A stretch of DNA of 64,000 nucleotides from a virus: positions 1 to 64,000 of IMG/VR virus record IMGVR_UViG_3300013131_000024; one strand, written 5' to 3'. Shown one piece after another: positions 51,630-59,069 of the stretch; positions within the stretch are counted from its first letter, which is position 1; each line of letters begins with the position of its first letter. Below the pieces are notes generated by a model. It saw nothing but the letters and a program-made list of their open reading frames with translations, made no database searches and was not told where the DNA came from. The position numbers and the translations under genes are program-made.

Positions 51630-51836
51630 ATGAAACCAACTTTATTCAAGAATCGTTTCAATAACGAGCGTTTTATCTGCGACAACCCTCGCTTGACCGA
51701 AAACATCGACGGTGTTGAATATGTTGTGGTCCATCGTCCTAATGAGCATCGTGAATTTAAAATGCGTCGTGATGCACTAGAAAAAATTAATGCGCCTGTA
51801 GCTCAGTCGGACCAGAGCACTACGCTACGAACGTAG
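51630..51836 (+). CDS. Hypothetical protein whose 3' end overlaps tRNA-Arg
   Basis: AAGGAG RBS, 68 aa. Confidence 0.6.
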   Translation: MKPTLFKNRFNNERFICDNPRLTENIDGVEYVVVHRPNEHREFKMRRDALEKINAPVAQSDQSTTLRT

Positions 51837-51869
51837 GGGTCGGAGGTTCGAATCCTTCCAGGCGTGCCA
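51792..51869 (+). tRNA. tRNA-Arg(ACG)
   Basis: Loop CTACGAA. Confidence 0.95.
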
Positions 51870-51875
51870 AACAAT

Positions 51876-51951
51876 GGTGTCCTTAATGTAGTGGCCTGCA
51901 TACTAGTCTGTGAAACTGGAAGTACCGGATCGATACCGGTAGGACACCCCA
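51876..51951 (+). tRNA. tRNA-His(GTG)
   Basis: G-1:C73, loop CTGTGAA, atypical T-loop ATCGATA. Confidence 0.88.
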
Positions 51952-51960
51952 AAAGAACAA

Positions 51961-52899
51961 TTAAAGATTTAAACAAAATTCTATTCGAATTTCTTTGTTG
52001 ATATGAGATACAAACAATTCATGTATATTAGAGGGCGGATCAAGTATTGTTCCTAAAGGTAGCTCTAACGGTAAATTACTTGGCAATCTTTCGTAAGATT
52101 TACACCACGATTGAAATCTTTTACTTGCATATAATCGTTTTCTTGTATAATCTATATCTATGGTAATACCGCCATTAGATCCGAGACGTCCTGTACAATC
52201 AAACTCGTTAGGATTATCTTCATCGTAAAATGATCGAAGAACACTTTTACCTAGAATGGATTGATCTAACAGCACCAAGTATTGATAAACTGAATATTTT
52301 TCATAATCATAATTTGCCAAAAAATCTTCTTGATCAAATTCTAACCAATTGTCAAATTGCAAATATCTATCAGTGGGCGTTATGTCAAAACTGGTAAATG
52401 GATATTTGGTTAAAGCATAATTTTTATTATCTGTAATAGTAATTTTTTCTAAAAGATGAACTGAATCATTGATTAAATTTATCAAGGAAAACCATTGATT
52501 ATAATCTATGAATTCTGGAATTGTGAATTTAGAATTATATACATTTTCCACAGATTTATTTAGGTGCAGAGTATCTCTAGCGAATAAAGCATTGTAAACA
52601 AAGAATCTGTGTAATTCATTTAGAATATTTTGATCGTAATTAAATTCTGTGGGAATCGTAGTAGGAAATTTTAAACCAAATCTTTCTAATTCTGATAAGG
52701 CAAATTGTATAAACTTCCAAGATTGTATAATTTGAGATTCGTGTATATAATATTCTTCTAATGATGCAAAATCTTTTTTACATTCATAAGATTGTTTTTT
52801 GCTATTAAAAAAATTAAACCATTTAAAATGCACTTTGTGATCTGTGAATATTCGAATCGCAATGTGTTGATCATTAAGAAAATGTAATTTTAAAAACAT
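51961..52899 (-). CDS. AT-rich hypothetical protein inserted antisense in the tRNA array
   Basis: 312 aa; LNELH..F motif. Confidence 0.65.
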   Translation of the reverse strand: MFLKLHFLNDQHIAIRIFTDHKVHFKWFNFFNSKKQSYECKKDFASLEEYYIHESQIIQSWKFIQFALSELERFGLKFPTTIPTEFNYDQNILNELHRFFVYNALFARDTLHLNKSVENVYNSKFTIPEFIDYNQWFSLINLINDSVHLLEKITITDNKNYALTKYPFTSFDITPTDRYLQFDNWLEFDQEDFLANYDYEKYSVYQYLVLLDQSILGKSVLRSFYDEDNPNEFDCTGRLGSNGGITIDIDYTRKRLYASKRFQSWCKSYERLPSNLPLELPLGTILDPPSNIHELFVSHINKEIRIEFCLNL

Positions 52900-52922
52900 A
52901 AATTATTTAATATCATCGCTTC

Positions 52923-52998
52923 GCCAACTTAGCTGATGTGGTCATAGCGGCGGTCTGAAGAACCGTGGAAAGACGTTCGATTCGTCTAGTTGGCACCA
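52923..52998 (+). tRNA. tRNA-Phe(GAA)
   Basis: Loop CTGAAGA. Confidence 0.92.
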
Positions 52999-53001
52999 CA
53001 T

Positions 53002-53079
53002 GCGGATGTGATGGAATTTGGTATACATATCAGACTTAAAATCTGAGTTCTGAGGGTTCGAATCCCTCCATCCGCACCA
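53002..53079 (+). tRNA. tRNA-Leu(TAA) with short variable arm
   Basis: Loop CTTAAAA; variable region only GTTCT. Confidence 0.9.
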
Positions 53080-53084
53080 AACAT

Positions 53085-53156
53085 GCCTCTGCCGATGGAG
53101 CGGTGCCAGGTCTTCTAAACCAGGTTATGGGAGTTCGAATCTCTCCAGAGGCGCCA
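53085..53156 (+). tRNA. Atypical tRNA-Arg(TCT)
   Basis: Loop CTTCTAA; compressed D-arm; intact T-arm, acceptor stem and CCA. Confidence 0.7.
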
Positions 53157-53164
53157 TATATCAG

Positions 53165-53193
53165 TTGACAAAGCATAGAATAGACTATATAAT
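53165..53193 (+). promoter_or_regulatory. Sigma70-type promoter
   Basis: TTGACA-17-TATAAT. Confidence 0.75.
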
Positions 53194-53226
53194 ATACTTT
53201 GTTCATTAAAAATTTCTAGTTGTTAT

Positions 53227-53254
53227 GCCCCGGTGGTGGAATGGTAGACACGCT
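53227..53254 (+). pseudogene. Orphan 5' third of a tRNA-Leu
   Basis: GCCCCGGTGGTGGAATGGTAGACACGCT, stopping before the anticodon loop. Confidence 0.75.
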
Positions 53255-53282
53255 TTTCTGTGTGTTTAGCATAAATAAATGT

Positions 53283-53726
53283 ATGAAAAACATTTATGAA
53301 TACATTTCACTCCCGAGGGTTGAAAGACAGTCTCATCTCAAATTGGATGAGCCGTGTCTAGAAAGAGGAGCAGGTAGTTATTATTTCAAAGGGCTTTTAG
53401 CTCATTGTTTAGATACTACAGTTCCTACAGGACATAAGATACATTTATGTCATGCTTGTCATAACGGTGCTTGTGGTAATCCCAATCATATGTATTGGGG
53501 TACAGCACAAGAAAATCGTTTAGATCAAGTTGAAAATAACGGCAAAACAATTTGGGAGAGAACTGTCGAAAAACACGGCTTAGAAAAAGCGAAAGCTATG
53601 AACAAACGTGTTGGAAATAAAAATGGTTCTGGCAATAAGGGTAAACCTAAAAGCGAGGAACATAAAGCAAAAATTGCCGCAAACCGTAAAGGTGGGCGAC
53701 AAAAGAAACATGCGGACGTGATGTAA
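53283..53726 (+). CDS. HNH (His-Cys box-like) endonuclease with NUMOD3 tail
   Basis: CHACHN..C.NP.H.YWGT..EN; KSEEHKAKI. Confidence 0.85.
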   Translation: MKNIYEYISLPRVERQSHLKLDEPCLERGAGSYYFKGLLAHCLDTTVPTGHKIHLCHACHNGACGNPNHMYWGTAQENRLDQVENNGKTIWERTVEKHGLEKAKAMNKRVGNKNGSGNKGKPKSEEHKAKIAANRKGGRQKKHADVM

Positions 53727-53795
53727 CTGGTAGCCATGCGAGTCTTAGAAGCTCGTGCCTTGTGCGTGTGAGTTCGAGTCTCACCGTCCGCACCA
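53712..53795 (+). tRNA. tRNA-Leu(TAG)
   Basis: Loop CTTAGAA, variable arm present. Confidence 0.93.
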
Positions 53796-53800
53796 AGTTT

Positions 53801-53831
53801 GCCCTATGGACTTAACCGACCTGGGGCACCA
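53801..53831 (+). pseudogene. 31-nt tRNA acceptor-stem remnant with CCA
   Basis: GCCCTA.../TGGGGC-ACCA. Confidence 0.6.
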
Positions 53832-53996
53832 TTAAAAAATAGCATTAGCGGGTATCGCTTGTGGACGCACAGGCTCACGAAGATTAGGGCCATCTACTTC
53901 TTCTGAAAAAACCGTGGACAATGGCTTATGAGGAGAATCGAACTCCACTCAGAAATCCGTCCCATCCCGTAGGGTGTAATGTTATTCTTTAATGGT
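53828..53996 (+). ncRNA. Unknown ~170-nt structured RNA
   Basis: 20-nt closing stem ACCATTAAAAAATAGCATTA/TAATGTTATTCTTTAATGGT around a GC-richer multi-hairpin core. Confidence 0.6.
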
Positions 53997-54006
53997 AAAG
54001 TTTTTT

Positions 54007-54085
54007 CCGGGTGTAGCTTAGTCTGGCTTAAAGCGCCTGCTTTGGGAGCAGGAGATCGTGAGTTCGAATCCCACTTCCCGGACCA
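54007..54085 (+). tRNA. tRNA-Pro(TGG)
   Basis: Loop TTTGGGA. Confidence 0.94.
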
Positions 54086-54091
54086 GTAAAT

Positions 54092-54166
54092 GCATCGTTA
54101 GTTCAGCGGTAGAACGTCGTCCTTACAAGGCGAATGTCAGTGGTTCGACTCCATTACGATGCACCA
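54092..54166 (+). tRNA. tRNA-Val(TAC)
   Basis: Loop CTTACAA. Confidence 0.95.
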
Positions 54167-54171
54167 ATGCC

Positions 54172-54263
54172 GGAAGGATGGCTGAGAGGCTTAAGGCAGC
54201 AGGTTGCTAACCTGTCGATTCGGGTAACTGGGTCCGAGGGTTCGAATCCCTCTTCTTCCACCA
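54172..54263 (+). tRNA. tRNA-Ser(GCT)
   Basis: Loop TTGCTAA, long variable arm. Confidence 0.95.
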
Positions 54264-54282
54264 ATTTTAAAAAGGAAACTAA

Positions 54283-54462
54283 ATGTTAAGACCAACCGCA
54301 AATTACAAGATGTCCAAACCTACCAAAACTATGTTGGCATCGAGAAGATTTAATTCAGAAACACAAAGACATGACTGGAAAAGATCTATGATTCAGGCTG
54401 AATTAGCTGCTCTTATTCAACCTAAAAGAGAAAAAGGTCGTCGAGAGAACAAAGGTGAATAA
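54283..54462 (+). CDS. 59-aa basic protein (below ORF-track cutoff)
   Basis: AAGGA RBS; MLRPTANYKMSKPTKTMLAS...KRSMIQAEL. Confidence 0.65.
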   Translation: MLRPTANYKMSKPTKTMLASRRFNSETQRHDWKRSMIQAELAALIQPKREKGRRENKGE

Positions 54463-54463
54463 C

Positions 54464-54646
54464 ATGGAAGATTCTCAAAATATTAAAAGAACCGGAACTT
54501 GTGGTTGTGGGCGATCACCAACTGGTGATTGTATTGGTTGGCACAGTCTATCTGAAGATATGTATCAACATCAAAAACTGCTTTGGATAGAAGAAGAAAT
54601 GCGTAAAGATCAGGAAGCAGCACACTTAAAGGAGACTGGCAGATGA
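54464..54646 (+). CDS. CDGSH-like Fe-S/zinc-finger small protein
   Basis: CGCGRSPTGDCIGWH. Confidence 0.65.
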   Translation: MEDSQNIKRTGTCGCGRSPTGDCIGWHSLSEDMYQHQKLLWIEEEMRKDQEAAHLKETGR

Positions 54647-54840
54647 GAGATAAACTGATAGATGCATTGAGAGTTCATTTTGCAGGTAATTTGTTAAAAC
54701 ATAAAATGAATGTAGAAGTTATGTTAAATAATCCAATCGCAATCCATGATCATACTGATTGGATGACTGCTATCGAATCGGAGATTGCACAAATAGCAGA
54801 ATACGAAGATAAATTAGAAGTATTGAATAAACATTTTTAA
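54643..54840 (+). CDS. Conserved small phage protein
   Basis: KHKMNVEV.L.NP..I..H motif. Confidence 0.65.
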   Translation: MRDKLIDALRVHFAGNLLKHKMNVEVMLNNPIAIHDHTDWMTAIESEIAQIAEYEDKLEVLNKHF

Positions 54841-54843
54841 ATT

Positions 54844-54917
54844 GGGGGATTAGTTAAATGGGATAACATCGGCTTTGCAAGCCGAGATTGAGAGTTCGAT
54901 TCTCTCATCCTCCACCA
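54844..54917 (+). tRNA. tRNA-Ala(TGC)
   Basis: Loop TTTGCAA, G3:U70. Confidence 0.95.
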
Positions 54918-54921
54918 ATAT

Positions 54922-54995
54922 GCCCTTTTAGTATAATGGTAATACAGTGGATTTGTAATCCTCTGATGGCAGTTCGATTCTGTCAAGGGGCACCA
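54922..54995 (+). tRNA. tRNA-Thr(TGT)
   Basis: Loop TTTGTAA. Confidence 0.93.
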
Positions 54996-55046
54996 AGATT
55001 ACCAAAATGTCTTGACACAGACACAAAACAGTGTATAATAAGTTTT

Positions 55047-55320
55047 GTTGTGTAGCAATACACAACCGGTGAAGTGAAAGGTAGATGAGGATAGACGCCT
55101 AGTATGGTTTCATACCATACGAACTTATCTGGCAAAGACGACTTGAAAACGTCTCCGTGCTTGAGTGAGCTGATCCAAATATCTTTAACTAGACTGTCAA
55201 TTGCTGATCGGAAATATTCAGGTCTCTGTAGCCTGTCTATTGCACGTTGTCCAGACCGACGATATCGCACAATAGGTCTTGTCAATTGTCCGGTCTATTA
55301 CTTGACCTTTCATCGATCCG
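55047..55320 (+). ncRNA. Structured RNA with 7-nt-periodic YTG motifs
   Basis: Own promoter (TTGACA 55012); long-range GTGAAAGGT/ACCTTTCAT and GATAGAC/GTCTATT pairings. Confidence 0.6.
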
Positions 55321-55349
55321 TCATTATAATTGTAAAAAGAGAGACACAA

Positions 55350-55922
55350 ATGAATATCACACTACGCAAAGCAAATGCAGTACAAAACAGCATCAATGAT
55401 GCACTAAAAAACATTAAGGTTGATCTTAATGTTGAGATTAACGAGTTTCAAAATATCGAAGATGTTATTGGCAAAGCCAATAACACTTTGGTCGAAAATG
55501 ATGCACGTCGTCAAAAGTTGACTATGGCTTTGTACAATATCCGTGCTTTAGTAGGTACTGCAAATGCTGCGAGTGGAATTGACACTGCGCTGGCCAAGGC
55601 AGCGTTCATCGATAAACGTATTGGCCAATTAGAGCAATTGGCGAGCTCTACTGAGATGACTTCTTTAGAAATCATTAAAGGCAAGATTGAAAAGATCAAA
55701 AGTCTCAAGGACGAAGCTCGTAGCCGTATCTATGGCTATGGAGACACGGTAACAACTTCTGTTCTCAGCAAAGAACAGATCGCACAGGCCAAATCAGAAA
55801 TCCTTAATCTGAAAAAGCAAAAGCAAAAGCTCAACGATGAGATCCTTGAGCTGAATATCAAAACCGATATTCCATTATCAGATGATACTGTAGAATTACT
55901 ACAAACAGAAGGATTACTATGA
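55350..55922 (+). CDS. Helical coiled-coil protein, distantly DIP1984-family-like
   Basis: 190 aa from ATG 55350; ends LKKQKQKLNDEILELNIKTDI; family resemblance judged by eye. Confidence 0.6.
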   Translation: MNITLRKANAVQNSINDALKNIKVDLNVEINEFQNIEDVIGKANNTLVENDARRQKLTMALYNIRALVGTANAASGIDTALAKAAFIDKRIGQLEQLASSTEMTSLEIIKGKIEKIKSLKDEARSRIYGYGDTVTTSVLSKEQIAQAKSEILNLKKQKQKLNDEILELNIKTDIPLSDDTVELLQTEGLL

Positions 55923-55928
55923 TATTGC

Positions 55929-56002
55929 CGCGGGTTATAGAAAAGGCATCTTACCAGTCTCATAAGCTGGAGTTGGGGGTTCGAGTCCCTCACCCGCAAC
56001 CA
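55929..56002 (+). tRNA. tRNA-fMet(CAT)
   Basis: C1xA72 mismatch, loop CTCATAA. Confidence 0.88.
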
Positions 56003-56031
56003 GTTATAGATAAAGATACTTATTTGAATAA

Positions 56032-56520
56032 ATGAATATCGCAATAATAATCGATTGTTGGAAAGATACACCAACTACATTGCATCATATAATTCTCTCT
56101 AAAATATTTAGATCGACAAGATTCGTTTATTTAAATATTAAGAAATTTTTAAGTTCAGATTTAATAGATGTAATAATTATTTCTTCCTACGACGACAAAG
56201 ATACTACTCCTACTATTTTAAACATAGACAAGAAAAAATTCTTTTTTTTACACGAAGAACAATTAATAGAATTTTTAAAAAATAATTCAGTTAAAAATAT
56301 CTATATGTGTGGTTGTGCCTGGGATAGTTGTGTAAGAGATCGTCCTCTTGGTTATTTGAATGTCTATAAAATTATTAATTCATTGAACTTAGATATTAGT
56401 GTTTTAGTAAAATATAACTGTGTTAAAAACTTAGATGACACATATTTTGTAAAATCAAAAAATGATGACTGGGTAAAAACCAGTGTAAAAAATATTTTTA
56501 AATACTATCCAAAATGTTAA
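56032..56520 (+). CDS. Isochorismatase/cysteine-hydrolase-like protein
   Basis: IIIDCW...IYMCG.AWD.CV..RPLG. Confidence 0.55.
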   Translation: MNIAIIIDCWKDTPTTLHHIILSKIFRSTRFVYLNIKKFLSSDLIDVIIISSYDDKDTTPTILNIDKKKFFFLHEEQLIEFLKNNSVKNIYMCGCAWDSCVRDRPLGYLNVYKIINSLNLDISVLVKYNCVKNLDDTYFVKSKNDDWVKTSVKNIFKYYPKC

Positions 56521-56527
56521 AGAATAT

Positions 56528-56598
56528 GTGGGAGTAGCTCGGTTGGTAGAGCATTTGCCTTTCAAGCAAGATGTCGTGAGTTCAAGTCTCGCAACCAA
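56528..56598 (+). pseudogene. Degenerate copy of tRNA-Gly(TCC)
   Basis: Near-duplicate of 56695-56770 with anticodon changed to TTC and acceptor 3' strand lost. Confidence 0.7.
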
Positions 56599-56602
56599 TT
56601 AG

Positions 56603-56677
56603 CTCGCTGTAGTTCAATGGACAGAACGATTCTCTCCTAAAGAATAAATCCAGGTTCGATTCCCGGTGGCGAGGCCA
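56603..56677 (+). tRNA. tRNA-Arg(CCT)
   Basis: Loop CTCCTAA. Confidence 0.92.
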
Positions 56678-56694
56678 GTGTTAAATAGTTTTAT

Positions 56695-56770
56695 GCGGGT
56701 GTAGCTCAGTTGGTAGAGCACTTGCCTTCCAAGCAAGATGTCGAGAGTTCGAGACTCTTCGCCCGCTCCA
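56695..56770 (+). tRNA. tRNA-Gly(TCC)
   Basis: Loop CTTCCAA, TCCA end. Confidence 0.95.
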
Positions 56771-56775
56771 AATAT

Positions 56776-57351
56776 ATGCAAGTAATAGACTATAACGATA
56801 CATTCCGTAAGTTTGATTTCAGTTCTGTTATAACAGCGGCTGATAACGATGTTGCTATAGGAATCGTGAAAAATATCATCGCAGATGGCAATTATTTTAC
56901 CAACAGTCCAAAATATCAAACTAAAGAAAACATCTTCAAAAGAAAAGAAACTGTATGGTTGAAATACCGTATGAGTTTTTTGTTTTCAGTTTTTATGTAC
57001 CTAGGTCGTGAAGTAAAAGTTTCTAACATGATGGCCTGGTCATTCATGACTAATTTAGAGGGTGCCGAAGACCGTGAAAAATTATGGCACCATCATTGGC
57101 ATCCTTCCAGACCAGATGCTAAGATGATGAGTGGAGTTTTTTATCTGCATATCCCCGACGATGTCAAAGACAGAGATTATGCAGGCACAGAAATGGCACC
57201 AAACGGCATAGATGCAGATGGAAAGTTTTTTGTCCGCCCTGCAGACTATCAATGGCTTATATATCCCAGCGATCAATGGCATAGACCCGGCATCGTCCAA
57301 AGTAACCAATACAGATTCGTGTTGGCAGCAGACGTAGAATATTACGATTGA
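56776..57351 (+). CDS. 2OG-Fe(II) oxygenase-like protein
   Basis: WHHH, SGVFYL, GTE, IYPS..WH, R.VLA. Confidence 0.7.
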   Translation: MQVIDYNDTFRKFDFSSVITAADNDVAIGIVKNIIADGNYFTNSPKYQTKENIFKRKETVWLKYRMSFLFSVFMYLGREVKVSNMMAWSFMTNLEGAEDREKLWHHHWHPSRPDAKMMSGVFYLHIPDDVKDRDYAGTEMAPNGIDADGKFFVRPADYQWLIYPSDQWHRPGIVQSNQYRFVLAADVEYYD

Positions 57352-57397
57352 CAACAGCACTTTTTGGTGCTATAATACAACATCAAGGAGTGAAAAA

Positions 57398-57937
57398 ATG
57401 AACCCGTGGATCCAAAATGTATCTCTCAGCGATGTTAAGAAAGGAAATCATATCCATGCCGGCATTAACAGTATGCTGATTCAAATTGTAGATCCAGGTA
57501 TGGAGTTTCCTACACCTAGTTATCAGTTTCGAGAGATTCATCAATTCTTGTTTCTTGATGTTGAAGAAAAGGACGAAGTTTTGGAAGAAGAGATGCGTTG
57601 CAGTCAGACTCAGGCAGATCAGCTTGTCTCTCTGCTACACAGAGCATTCGAGAATCGTATGAACGTTGTTGTTCATTGTGTAGCAGGTGTTTGTCGTTCG
57701 GGTGCTGTCTGCGAAGTAGGTGTAATGATGGGCTTCCGTGATACCGAAGTATTTCGTTCGCCTAATCTGCTAGTCAAGCACAAGATGATGAAGTGCCTAG
57801 GTTGGACCTACGACGAGCAGGAGCCTCACACAATTAATGGGGCTCCTGTCGAAGAAGATTGGACCAACGACAACGAAAAGGTTTTTACCTTAGCAGCAGC
57901 TCGTCGTGAGCGCAGACAGCGTGAAGGAGATATCTAA
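57398..57937 (+). CDS. Cys-based phosphatase (CX5R)
   Basis: VHCVAGVCRSG. Confidence 0.85.
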   Translation: MNPWIQNVSLSDVKKGNHIHAGINSMLIQIVDPGMEFPTPSYQFREIHQFLFLDVEEKDEVLEEEMRCSQTQADQLVSLLHRAFENRMNVVVHCVAGVCRSGAVCEVGVMMGFRDTEVFRSPNLLVKHKMMKCLGWTYDEQEPHTINGAPVEEDWTNDNEKVFTLAAARRERRQREGDI

Positions 57938-58344
57938 TGGAGTATCTCGTCCAGGCCAGAAACAAGAGGACTAAAGAGTTTATCGAAGCGATATTGCCTT
58001 CAATGATCAAACAACTGAGATTACAAAATAGTCGAAAAGCTCTATTCGTAAAAATCAGCAAGAGTGACATCGAAAGCAATAATATGGGACAGACTGCTTA
58101 TATTCAAGCCGTAGATGGGATTGTAGTTATAATCAGTCCTCAATCCAGAGAAAAGATGGGATTGACTCTAGCACACGAAATGATACATGTTAAACAGATG
58201 GCCAAAGGTGTGTTAAAAACTTATAATGGAGTTTCGTACTGGAGAGGTAAGAGGGTAGGTAAAAAAGTTAAATATCTGGATCAACCTTGGGAAATAGAAG
58301 CTTTTAGTAAACAGGAATTAATTTTTCGTAGGGCTATAGAATAA
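57937..58344 (+). CDS. HEXXH metallopeptidase-like protein
   Basis: LAHEMIHVKQ...PWEIEA. Confidence 0.8.
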   Translation: MEYLVQARNKRTKEFIEAILPSMIKQLRLQNSRKALFVKISKSDIESNNMGQTAYIQAVDGIVVIISPQSREKMGLTLAHEMIHVKQMAKGVLKTYNGVSYWRGKRVGKKVKYLDQPWEIEAFSKQELIFRRAIE

Positions 58345-58356
58345 AAGGAGGGCATT

Positions 58357-58962
58357 ATGCCAAGTGTGTTTTTAGTTTCAGACACGCACTTTGGACACGC
58401 TGGCGTTTGCCGTTTTACACGGGACGATGGTATTACAAAGTTGCGTCCGTGGGATGACCCCGCGGAGATGGACGAAGCTATGGTCAAGGCTTGGAACGAA
58501 CGGGTCAAGCCCACAGACAAAGTTTACCATTTGGGCGATGTTGTGATCAACCGTAAGGCGTTGACGACATTGAGTCGTTTGAACGGTGACAAGGTATTGA
58601 TCCGTGGAAACCATGATATCTTTCGTGATACAGACTATGCCAAGTACTTCCGTGAGCTTCGTGCTTACCACGTTATGAACGGTATGATATTGAGCCATAT
58701 TCCAGTACACGAAGCATCGTTAGGACGTTTTGGTGTAAACATACACGGGCACTTACATTCAAATCGTGTAAAGAAAGCTCGTGGAGTAGATGCTAGAACG
58801 GGCGAGGTCTTGTACAGCGATGAGATTGATGTTAGATATCATTGCGTGTGCGTAGAGCAAACTCCAGATTTTGCGCCTATACTTTTTGAAGATGTTATTA
58901 AACGCATCGAAGAAGAAGGTGGAAAAATAGGGTTTAGGAACGGCAACGGACCTATAATGTGA
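58357..58962 (+). CDS. Metallophosphoesterase
   Basis: SDTHFGH, LGD, GNHD, HGHLH. Confidence 0.9.
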   Translation: MPSVFLVSDTHFGHAGVCRFTRDDGITKLRPWDDPAEMDEAMVKAWNERVKPTDKVYHLGDVVINRKALTTLSRLNGDKVLIRGNHDIFRDTDYAKYFRELRAYHVMNGMILSHIPVHEASLGRFGVNIHGHLHSNRVKKARGVDARTGEVLYSDEIDVRYHCVCVEQTPDFAPILFEDVIKRIEEEGGKIGFRNGNGPIM

Positions 58963-58979
58963 CATTATCTACGTACTTT

Positions 58980-59006
58980 TAGGGCTCTTCGGAGCCCTAT
59001 TTTTTT
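58980..59006 (+). terminator. Intrinsic terminator
   Basis: TAGGGCTC-ttcg-GAGCCCTA-TTTTTTT. Confidence 0.9.
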
Positions 59007-59069
59007 GGCTTTACTTCTTTAATACGACATAAATATATTGAGTTAGGAAATTTCCAGGAGTTGAGAATT

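Noticed and set aside
53085-53156. Amber suppressor reading (CTA anticodon) or alternative genetic code
   Set aside because: The GGT/ACC stem closes the loop CTTCTAA, centring TCT. Genes are intact in code 11, and TAG ends several ORFs normally.
55104-55349. N-terminal extension of the 272-aa ORF in the track
   Set aside because: It has no clear RBS and overlaps the structured RNA; ATG 55350 is the better start.
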